Assembly (NCBI GenBank): GCA_964035545.1
Contig: OZ037766.1
Coordinates: 18,625,081-18,689,080, forward strand
DNA length: 64,000 nt
Source of the DNA: Bugula neritina
Taxonomy: Eukaryota > Animalia > Bryozoa
Reading direction: 5' to 3'
The stretch's first letter is position 1. Every line of letters begins with the position of its first letter. The position numbers were made by a program, and so were the translations under genes. Shown piece after piece: positions 50,931-62,641 of the stretch. The notes under the pieces are model-generated. The model did no database searches and was not told the DNA's origin. It worked only from the letters and a program-made list of their open reading frames with translations.

Positions 50931-53900
50931 GCAGTATATCTCAGTATGTTACAGTATATTTCAGTATGTTACAGTATATTTCAGTTTGTTACAGTAAATT
51001 TCAGTATGTTACAGTGCATTTGCAGATATTACACTATACTTCAGTGAGTTTTAGTGTCTTTCAGTATGTTGCAGTATATTTCGGTATCTTGCAACTTATT
51101 TCAATGTGTTGCAATGTAATTCAATATGTTACAGTGTATTTCAGTATGTTACAGTGTATTTCAGTATGTTGCAGTATTTTGCAATATATATCAGTATGTT
51201 ACAGTGTATTTCAGTATGTTGCAGTATATTTCAGTATGTTACAATAAATTTCAGTATGTTACAGTATATTTCCGTAAATTACACTATACTTCAGTGAGTT
51301 GTAGTATATTTCAGTATCTTGCAGTATATCTCAGTATGTTACAGTATATTTCAGTATGTTACAGTATATTTTAGTTTGTTACAGTAAATTTCAGTATGTT
51401 ACAGTGCATTTGCAGATATTACACTATACTTCAGTGAGTTTTAGTGTCTTTCATTATGTTGCAGTATATTTCAGTATGTTGCAGTATTTTGCAATACATT
51501 TTATTATGTTACAGTGTATTTCAGTATGTTGCAGTATATTTCAGTTTGATACAATAAATTTCAGTATGTTACAGTACATTTCCGTAAATTACACTATACT
51601 TCAGTGAGTTGTAGTATATTTCAGTATCTTGCAGTATATCTCAGTATGTTACAGTATATTTCAGTATGTTGCAGTATATTTCAGCGTGTTTGAGTATATT
51701 TCAGTATGACACAGTGCATTTCCAGATATTACGCTATACTTCAGTGAGTTTTAGTGTCTTTCAGTATGTTGCAGTATATTTCGGTATTTTGCAACATATT
51801 TCAATATGTTGCAATGTATTTCAATATGTTACAGTGTATTTCAGTATGTTGCAGTATGTTGCAATGTATTTCAGTATGTTACAGTGTATTTCAGTAGGTT
51901 TCAGTATCTTGCAGTATATTTCAGCATGTTGCAGTATATTTCAGGATGTTGCAGTATATTTCAGTATGTTACAGTGTTTTGCAGTATTTTGCAGTATATT
52001 TCAGTGTGTTACAGTATATTTCATTATGTTGCAGTATGTTGCAGTATATTTCAGTAGTTTGCAACATATTTCAGTAGGTTACCATATATTTCGGTATGTT
52101 GCAGCATATTTCAATGTGTTGCAGTGTATTTCAATATGTTACAGTGTATTTCGGTATGTTGCAGTATGTTGCAGTATGATGCAGCATGTTGCAGTGTATT
52201 TCTGTATGTTACAGTGTAATTCGGAATGTTGCAGTATATTTCAGTATGTTACAGTATGTTTCAGTATGTTGCAGTATATTTCAGTGGGTTATAGTATATT
52301 TCAGTATGATACAGCGTATTTCAGTATGTTACAGTGTATTTCAGTATGTTGCAGTATTTTGCAATATACTTCAGTATGTTACAGCGTACTTCAGTATGTT
52401 GCAGTATATTTCAGTATGTTACAATAAATTTCAGTATGTTACAGTACATTGCCGTAAATTACACTATACTTCAGTGAGTTGTAGTATATTTCAGTATCTT
52501 GCAGTATATCTCAGTATGTTACTGTATATTTCAGTATGTTACAGTATATTTCAGTGTGTTACAGTAAATTTCAGTATGTTACAGTGCATTTGCAGATATT
52601 ACACTATACTTTAGTGAGTTTTAGTGTCTTTCAGTATGTTGCAGTATATTTCAGTATGTTGCAGTATTTTGCAATATATATCAGTATGTTACAGTGTATT
52701 TCAGTATGTTGCAGTATATTTCAGTATGTTACAATAAATTTCAGTATGTTACAGTATATTTCCGTAAATTACTCTATACTTCAGTGAGTTGTAGTATATT
52801 TCAGTATCTTGCAGTATATCTCAGTATGTTACAGTATATTTCAGTATGTTACAGTATATTTCAGCGTGTTTGAGTATATTTCAGTATGACACAGTGCATT
52901 TCCAGATATTACGCTATACTTCAGTGAGTTTTAGTGTCTTTCAGTATGTTGCAGTATATTTCGGTATTTTGCAACATATTTCAATATGTTGCAATGTATT
53001 TCAATATGTTACAGTGTATTTCAGTATGTTGCAGTATGTTGCAATGTATTTCAGTATGTTACAGTGTATTTCAGTAGGTTTCAGTATCTTGCAGTATATT
53101 TCAGCATGTTGCAGTATATTTCAGGATGTTGCAGTATATTTCAGTATGTTACAGTGTTTTGCAGTATTTTGCAGTATATTTCAGTGTGTTACAGTATATT
53201 TCATTATGTTGCAGTATGTTGCAGTATATTTCAGTAGTTTGCAACATATTTCAGTAGGTTACCATATATTTCGGTATGTTGCAGCATATTTCAATGTGTT
53301 GCAGTGTATTTCAATATGTCACAGTGTATTTCAGTATGTTGCAGTATGTTGCAGTGTATTTCTGTATGTTACGGTGTAGTTCAGTATGTTGCAGTATATT
53401 TCAGTATGTTACAGTATGTTTCAGTATGTTGCAGTATATTTCCGTGGGTTATAGTATATTCAAGTATGATACAGCATATTTCAGTATGTTACAGTGTATT
53501 TCAGTATGTTGCAGTATTTTGCAACGCATTTCAGTATGTTACAGTGTATTTTAGTATGTTGCAGTATATTTCAGTATTTTACAATAAATTTCAGTATATT
53601 ACAGTACATTTCCGTAAATTACGCTATACTTCAGTGAGTTGTAGTATATTTCAGTATCATGCAGTATATCTCAGTATGTTACAGTATATTTCAGTATGTT
53701 ACAGTATGTTTCAGTGTGTTACAGTATGTTGCAGTATATTTCAGTAGTTTGCAACATATTTCAGTAGGTTACCATATATTTCGGTATGTTGCAGCATATT
53801 TCAATGTGTTGCAGTGTATTTCAATATGTTACAGTGTATTTCAGTATGTTGCAGTATGTTGCAGTATGATGCAGCATGTTGCAGTGTATTTCTTTATGTT

Positions 53901-56900
53901 ACAGTGTAATTCGGAATGTTGCAGTATATTTCAGTATGTTACAGTATCTTTCAGTATGTTGCAGTATATTTCAGTGGGTTATAGTATATTTCAGTATGAT
54001 ACAGCGTATTTCAGTATGTTACAGTGTATTTCAGTATGTTGCAGTATTTTGCAATATATTTCAGTATGTTACAGCGTATTTCAGTATGTTGCAGTATATT
54101 TCAGTATGTTACAATAAATTTCAGTATGTTACAGTACATTGCCGTAAATTACACTATACTTCAGTGAGTTGTAGTATATTTCAGTATCTTGCAGTATATC
54201 TCAGTATGTTACTGTATATTTCAGTATGTTACAGTATATATCAGTGTGTTACAGTAAATTTCAGTATGTTACAGTGCATTTGCAGATATTACACTATACT
54301 TTAGTGAGTTTTAGTGTCTTTCAGTATGTTGCAGTATATTTCAGTATGTTGCAGTATTTTGCAATATATATCAGTATGTTACAGTGTATTTCAGTATGTT
54401 GCAGTATATTTCAGTATGTTACAATAAATTTCAGTATGTTACAGTATATTTCCGTAAATTACTCTATACTTCAGTGAGTTGTAGTATATTTCAGTATCTT
54501 GCAGTTTATCTCAGTATGTTACAGTATATTTCAGTATGTTACAGTATATTTCAGTTTGTTACAGTAAATTTCAGTATGTTACAGTGCATTTGCAGATATT
54601 ACACTATACTTCAGTGACTTTTAGTGTCTTTCATTATGTTGCAGTATATTTCAGTATGTTGCAGTATTTTGCAATACATTTTATTATGTTACAGTGTATT
54701 TCAGTATGTTGCAGTATATTTCAGTGTGACACAATAAATTTCAGTATGTTACAGTACATTTCCGTAAATTACACTATACTTCAGTGAGTTGTAGTATATT
54801 TCAGTATCTTGCAGTATGTCTCAGTATGTTACAGTATATTTCAGTATGTTGCAGTATATTTCAGCGTGTTTGAGTATATTTCAGTATGACACAGTGCATT
54901 TCCAGATATTACGCTATACTTCAGTGAGTTTTAGTGTCTTTCAGTATGTTGCAGTATATTTCGGTATTTTGCAACATATTTCAATATGTTGCAATGTATT
55001 TCAATATGTTACAGTGTATTTCAGTATGTTGCAGTATGTTGCAATGTATTTCAGTATGTTACAGTGTATTTCAGTAGGTTTCAGTATCTTGCAGTATATT
55101 TCAGCATGTTGCAGTATATTTCAGGATGTTGCAGTATATTTCAGTATGTTACAGTGTTTTGCAGTATTTTGCAGTATATTTCAGTGTGTTACAGTATATT
55201 TTATTATGTTGCAGTATGTTGCAGTATATTTCAGTAGTTTGCAACATATTTCAGTAGGTTACCATATATTTCGGTATGTTGCAGCATATTTCAAGGTGTT
55301 GCAGTGTATTTCAATATGTTACAGTGTATTTCAGTATGTTGCAGTATGTTCCATTATGCTGCAGTGTATTTCTGTATGTTACAGTGTATTTCAGTATGTT
55401 GCAGTACATTTCAGTATGTTACAGTATATTTCAGTATGTTGCAGTATATTTCATTGGGTTATAGCATATTTCAGTATGATACAGCGTATTTCAGTATGTT
55501 ACAGTGTACTTCAGTATGTTGCAGTATTTTGCAATATATTTCAGTATGTTACAGTGTATTTCAGTATGTTGCAGTATATTTCAGTATGTTACAATAAATT
55601 TCAGTATGTTACAATACATTTCCGTAAGTTACACTATACTTCAGGTAGTTGTAGTATATTTCAGTATCTTGCAGTATATCTCAGTATGTTACAGCATATT
55701 TCATTGTGTTGCAGTGTATTTCAATATGTTACAGTGTATTTCAGTATGTTGCAGTATGTTGCAGTAAGCTGCAGTATGTTGCAGTGTATTTCTGTATTTT
55801 ACAGTGTATTTCAGTATGTTGCAGTATATTTCAGCATGTTACAGTATATTTCAGTATGTTGCAGTATATTTCAGTGGGTTATAGTATATTTCAGTATGAT
55901 ACAGCGTATTTCGGTATGTTACAGTGTATGTCAGTATGTTGCAGTATTTTGCAATGCATTTCAGTATGTTACAGTGTATTTCAGTATGTTGCAGTATATT
56001 TCAGTATTTTACAATAAATTTCAGTATATTACAGTACATTTCCGTAAATTACACTATACTTCAGTGAGTTGTAGTATATTTCAGTATCATGCAGTATATC
56101 TCAGTATGTTACAGTATATTTCAGTATGTTACAGTATGTTTCAGTGTGTTACAGTATGTTGCAGTATATTTCAGTAGTTTGCAACATATTTCAGTGGGTT
56201 ACCATATATTTCGGTATGTTGCAGCATATTTCAATGTGTTGCAGTGTATTTCAATATGTTACAGTGTATTTCAGTATGTTGCAGTATGTTGCAGTATGAT
56301 GCAGCATGTTGCAATGTATTTCTGTATGTTACAGTGTAATTCGGAATGTTGCAGTATATTTCAGTATGTTACAGTATGTTTCAGTATGTTGCAGTATATT
56401 TCAGTGTGTTACAGTAAACTTCAGTATGTTACAGTGCATTTGCAGATATTACACTATACTTTAGTGAGTTTTAGTGTCTTTCAGTATGTTGCAGTATATT
56501 TCAGTATGTTGCAGTATTTTGCAATATATATCAGTATGTTACAGTGTATTTCAGTATGTTGCAGCATATTTCAGTATGTTACAATAAATTTCAGTATGTT
56601 ACAGTATATTTCCGTAAATTACTCTATACTTCAGTGAGTTGTAGTATATTTCAGTATCTTGCAGTATATCTCAGTATGTTACAGTATATTTCAGTATGTT
56701 GCAGTATATTTCAGCGTGTTTGAGTATATTTCAGTATGACACAGTGCATTTCCAGATATTACGCTATACTTCAGTGAGTTTTAGTCTCTTTCAGTATGTT
56801 GCAGTATATTTCGGTATTTTGCAACATATTTCAATATGTTGCAATGTATTTCAATATGTTACAGTGTATTTCAGTATGTTGCAGTATGTTGCAATGTATT

Positions 56901-59900
56901 TCAGTATGTTACAGTGTATTTCAGTAGGTTTCAGTATCTTCCAGTATATTTCAGCATGTTGCAGTATATTTCAGGATGTTGCAGTATATTTCAGCATGTT
57001 ACAGTGTTTTGCAGTATTTTGCAGTATATTTCAGTGTGTTAAAGTATATTTCATTATGTTGCAGTATGTTGCAGTATATTTCAGTAGTTTGCAACATATT
57101 TCAGTAGGTTACCATATATTTCGGTATGTTGCAGCATATTTCAAGGTGTTGCAGTGTATTTCAATATGTTACAGTGTATTTCAGTATGTTGCAGTATGTT
57201 CCATTATGCTGCAGTGTATTTCTGTATGTTACAGTGTAATTCAGAATGTTGCAGTATATTTCAGTATGTTACAGTATGTTTCAGTATGTTGCAGTATATT
57301 TCAGTGGGTTATAGTATATTTCAGTATGATACAGCGTATTTCAGTATGTTACAGTGTATTTCAGTATGTTGCACTATTTTGCAATATATTTCAGTATGTT
57401 ACAGCGTATTTCAGTATGTTGCAGTATATTTCAGTATGTTACAATAAATTTCAGTATGTTACAGTACATTGCCGTAAATTACACTATACTTCAGTGAGTT
57501 GTAGTATATTTCAGTATCTTGCAGTATATCTCAGTATGTTACTGTATATTTCAGTATGTTACAGTATATTTCAGTGTGTTACAGTAAATTTCAGTATGTT
57601 ACAGTGCATTTGCAGATATTACACTATACTTTAGTGAGTTTTAGTGTCTTTCAGTATGTTGCAGTATATTTCAGTATGTTGCAGTATTTTGCAATATATA
57701 TCAGTATGTTACAGTGTATTTCAGTATGTTGCAGTATATTTCAGTATGTTACAATAAATTTCGGTATGTTACAGTATATTTCCGTAAATTACTCTATACT
57801 TCAGTGAGTTGTAGTATATTTCAGTATCTTGCAGTATATCTCAGTATGTTACAGTATATTTCAGTATGTTACAGTATATTTCAGTTTGTTACAGTAAATT
57901 TCAGTATGTTACAGTGCATTTGCAGATATTACACTATACTTCAGTGAGTTTTAGTGTCTTTCAGTATGTTGCAGTATATTTCGGTATCTTGCAACTTATT
58001 TCAATGTGTTGCAATGTAATTCAATATGTTACAGTGTATTTCAGTATGTTACAGTGTATTTCAGTATGTTGCAGTATTTTGCAATACATATCAGTATGTT
58101 ACAGTGTATTTCAGTATGTTGCAGTATATTTCAGTATGTTACAATAAATTTCAGTATGTTACAGTATATTTCCGTAAATTACACTATACTTCAGTGAGTT
58201 GTAGTATATTTCAGTATCTTGCAGTATATCTCAGTATGTTACAGTATATTTCAGTATGTTACAGTATATTTCAGTTTGTTACAGTAAATTTCAGTATGTT
58301 ACAGTGCATTTGCAGATATTACACTGTACTTCAGTGAGTTTTAGTGTCTTTCATTATGTTGCAGTATATTTCAGTATGTTGCAGTATTTTGCAATACATT
58401 TTATTATGTTACAGTGTATTTCAGTATGTTGCAGTATATTTCAGTTTGATACAATAAATTTCAGTATGTTACAGTACATTTCCGTAAATTACACTATACT
58501 TCAGTGAGTTGTAGTATATTTCAGTATCTTGCAGTATATCTTAGTATGTTACAGTATATTTCAGTATGTTGCAGTATATTTCAGCGTGTTTGAGTATATT
58601 TCAGTATGACACAGTGCATTTCCAGATATTACGCTATACATCAGTGAGTTTTAGTGTCTTTCAGTATGTTGCAGTATATTTCGGTATTTTGCAACATATT
58701 TCAATATGTTGCAATGTATTTCAATATGTTACAGTGTATTTCAGTATGTTGCAGTATGTTGCAATGTATTTCAGTATGTTACAGTGTATTTCAGTAGGTT
58801 TCAGTATCTTCCAGTATATTTCAGCATGTTGCAGTATATTTCAGGATGTTGCAGTATATTTCAGTATGTTACAGTGTTTTGCAGTAGTTTGCAGTATATT
58901 TCAGTGTGTTACAGTATATTTCATTATGTTGCAGTATGTTGCAGTATATTTCAGTAGTTTGCAACATATTTCAGTAGGTTACCATATATTTCGGTATGTT
59001 GCAGCATATTTCAAGGTGTTGCAGTGTATTTCAATATGTTACAGTGTATTTCAGTATGTTGCAGTATGTTCCATTATGCTGTAGTGTATTTCTGTATGTT
59101 ACAGTGTATTTCAGTATGTTGCAGTACATTTCAGTATGTTACAGTATGTTTCAGTATGTTGCAGTATATTTCAGTGGGTTATAGCATATTTCAGTATGAT
59201 ACAGCGTATTTCAGTATGTTACAGTGTACTTCAGTATGTTGCAGTATTTTGCAATATATTTCAGTATGTTACAGTGTATTTCAGTATGTTACAGTACATT
59301 TCCGTAAGTTACACTATACTTCAGGTAGTTGTAGTATATTCCAGTATCTTGCAGTATATCTCAGAATGTTACAGCATATTTCATTGTGTTGCAGTGTATT
59401 TCAATATGTTACAGTGTATTTCAGTATGTTGCAGTATGTTGCAGTATGTTGCAGTATGCTGCAGTATGTTGCAGTGTATTTCTGTATTTTACAGTGTATT
59501 TCAGTATGTTGCAGTATGTTTCAGCATGTTACAGTATATTTCAGTATGTTGCAGTATATTTCAGTGGGTTATAGTATATTTCAGTATGATACAGCGTATT
59601 TCGGTATGTTACAGTGTATGTCAGTATGTTGCAGTATTTTGCAATGCATTTCAGTATGTTACAGTGTATTTCAGTATGTTGCAGTATATTTCAGTATTTT
59701 ACAATAAATTTCAGTATATTACAGTAGATTTCCGTAAATTACACTATACTTCAGTGAGTTGTAGTATATTTCAGTATCATGCAGTATATCTCAGTATGTT
59801 ACAGTATATTTCAGTATGTTACAGTATATTTCAGTAGTTTGCAACATATTTCAGTAGGTTACCATATATTTCGCTATGTTGCAGCATATTTCAATGTGTT

Positions 59901-62470
59901 GGAGTGTATTTCAATATGTTACAGTGTATTTCAGTATGTTGCAGTATGTTGCAGTATGATGCAGCATGTTGCAGTGTATTTCTGTATGTTACAGTGTAAT
60001 TCAGAATGTTGCAGTATATTTCAGTATGTTACAGTATGTTTCAGTATGTTGCAGTATATTTCAGTGGGTTATAGTATATTTCAGTATGATACAGCGTATT
60101 TCAGTAAGTTACAGTGTATTTCAGTATGTTGCAGTATTTTGCAATATATTTCAGTATGTTACAGCGTATTTCAGTATGTTGCAGTATATTTCAGTGTGTT
60201 ACAATAATTTTCAGTATGTTACAGTACATTGCCGTAAATTACACTATACTTCAGTGAGTTGTAGTATATTTCAGTATCTTGCAGTATATCTCAGTATGTT
60301 ACTGTATATTTCAGTATGTTACAGTATATTTCAGTCTGTTACAGTAAATTTCAGTATGTTACAGTGCATTTGCAGATATTACACTATACTTTAGTGAGTT
60401 TTAGTGTCTTTCAGTATGTTGCAGTATATTTCAGTATGTTGCAGTATTTTGCAATATATATCAGTATGTTACAGTGTATTTCGGTATGTTGCAGTATATT
60501 TCAGTATGTTACAATAAATTTCAGTATGTTACAGTATATTTCCGTAAATTACTCTATACTTCAGTGAGTTGTAGTATATTTCAGTATCTTGCAGTATACC
60601 TCAGTATGTTACAGTATATTTCAGTATGTTACAGTATATTTCAGTTTGTTACTGTAAATTTCAGTATGTTACAGTGCATTTGCAGATATTACACTATACT
60701 TCAGTGAGTTTTAGTGTCTTTCATTATGTTGCAGTATATTTCAGTATGTTGCAGTATTTTGCAATACATTTTATTATGTTACAGTGTATTTCGGTATGTT
60801 GCAGCATATTTCAATGTGTTGCAGTGTATTTCAATATTTTACAGTGTACTTCAGTATGTTGCAGTATGTTGCAATGTATTTCAGTATGTTACAGTGTATT
60901 TCAGTATCTTACAGTACATTTCCGTAAATTACACTACACTTCAGTGAGTTGTAGTATATTTCACTATCTTGCAGTATATCTCAGTATGTAACAGTATATT
61001 TCAGTATGTTACAGTATATTTCAGTGTGTTACAGTAAATTTCAGTATGTTACAGTGCATTTGCAGATATTACACTATACTTTAGTGAGTTTTAGTGTCTT
61101 TCAGTATGTTGCAGTATATTTCGGTATCTTGCAACTTATTTCAATGTGTTGCAATGTAATTCAATATGTTACGGTGTATTTCAGTATGTTAGAGTGTATT
61201 TCAGTATGTTGCAGTATTTTGCAATATATATCAGTATGTTACACTGTATTTCAGTATGTTGCAGTATATTTCAGTATGTTACAATAAATTTCAGTATGTT
61301 ACAGTATATTTCCGTAAATTACACTATACTTCAGTGAGTTGTAGTATATTTCAGTATCTTGCAGTATATCTCAGTATGTTACAGTATATTTCAGAATGTT
61401 ACAGTATATTTCAGTTTGTTACAGTAAATTTCAGTATGTTACAGTGCATTTGCAGATATTACACTATACTTCAGTGAGTTTTAGTGTCTTTCATTATGTT
61501 GCAGTATATTTCAGTATGTTGCAGTATTTTGCAATACATTTTATTACGTTACAGTGTATTTCAGTATGTTGCAGTATATTTCAGTTTGATACAATAAATT
61601 TCAGTATGTTACAGTACATTTCCGTAAATTACACTATACTTCAGTGAGTTGTAGTATATTTCAGTATCTTGCAGTATATCTCAGTATGTTATAGTATATT
61701 TCAGTATGTTGCAGTATATTTCAGCGTGTTTGAATATATTTCAGTATGACACAGTGCATTTCCAGATATTACGCTATACTTCAGTGAGTTTTAGTGTCTT
61801 TCAGTATGTTGCAGTATATTTCGGTATTTTGCAACATATTTCAATATGTTGCAATGTATTTCAATATGTTACAGTGTATTACAGTATGTTGCAGTATGTT
61901 GCAATGTATTTCAGTATGTTACAGTGTATTTCAGTAGGTTTCAGTATCTTGGAGTATATTTCAGCATGTTGCAGTATATTTCAGGATGTTGCAGTATATA
62001 TCAGTATGTTGCAGTGTTTTGCAGTATTTTGCAGTATATTTCAGTGTGTTACAGTATATTTCATTATGTTGCAGTATGTTGCAGTATATTTCAGTAGTTT
62101 GCAACATATTTCAGTAGGTTACCATATATTTCGGTATGTTGCAGCATATTTCAAGGTGTTGCAGTGTATTTCAATATGTTACAGTGTATTTCAGTATGTT
62201 GCAGTATGTTCCATTATGCTGCAGTGTATTTCTGTATGTTACAGTGTATTTCAGTATGTTGCAGTACATTTCAGCATGTTACAGTATATTTCAGTATGTT
62301 GCAGTATCTTTCAGTGGGTTATAGCATATTTCAGTATGATACAGCGTATTTCAGTATGTTACAGTGTACTTCAGTATGTTGCAGTATTTTGCAATATATT
62401 TCAGTATGTTACAGTGTATTTCAGTATGTTGCAGTATATTTCAGTATGTTACAATAAATTTCAGTATGTT
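46929..62470. repeat. Same satellite array, right segment, between the DNA transposon and the LINE
   Basis: Same monomer and diagnostic blocks (tacactatac-ttcagtgagt). It resumes at tttcagtgtgttacagtaaat, exactly the continuation expected from the sequence before 44363. Confidence 0.99.
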
Positions 62471-62486
62471 TGTTTGTTTGTTTGTT
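62467..62486 (-). repeat. (AAAC)5 3' tail of the LINE; plus strand (TGTT)5
   Basis: ...tcagta TGTT TGTT TGTT TGTT TGTT tggtttattt; the first TGTT (62467-62470) is also the satellite sequence. Confidence 0.9.
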
Positions 62487-62553
62487 TGGTTTATTTCATC
62501 AAAGGTATTTAATAACACAAGGACATTAGAAAATGCCAAGGAGGCGATGATGA

Positions 62554-62592
62554 GGCCCATTGCGCTATAGCCTAGCTAGTCATGCGCGGGCC
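62554..62592 (-). other. 3'-UTR stem-loop of the LINE (candidate RT recognition signal)
   Basis: The minus strand reads GGCCC-GCGC-ATGAC-TAGC-TAG-GCTA-TA-GCGC-AAT-GGGCC, giving nested pairs GGCCC/GGGCC, GCGC/GCGC and TAGC/GCTA in an otherwise AT-rich element. Confidence 0.72.
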
Positions 62593-62641
62593 AACACGAG
62601 CTGACAGCGACTCTATCCAGAAAAATACAAAAAAAATACAA

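Noticed and set aside
157-62457. Hundreds of plus-strand ORFs (60-453 aa) as genes for Cys-rich or membrane proteins
   Set aside because: They overlap in all three frames with the same peptide, follow a 10-bp rather than 3-bp periodicity, and are fully explained by a stop-free satellite strand.
1-62470. CENP-B box, telomeric repeat, or identity with the Drosophila 10-bp Prod satellite (AATAACATAG)
   Set aside because: I saw no CENP-B box or G-tract telomere motif. The minus strand shares only TAACATA with Prod, too little to claim homology.
61706-62570. ORFs with unique C-termini (CLFVCLVYFIKGI; KEAMMRPIAL)
   Set aside because: They are read-through from the satellite into the antisense of the LINE tail and 3' UTR.
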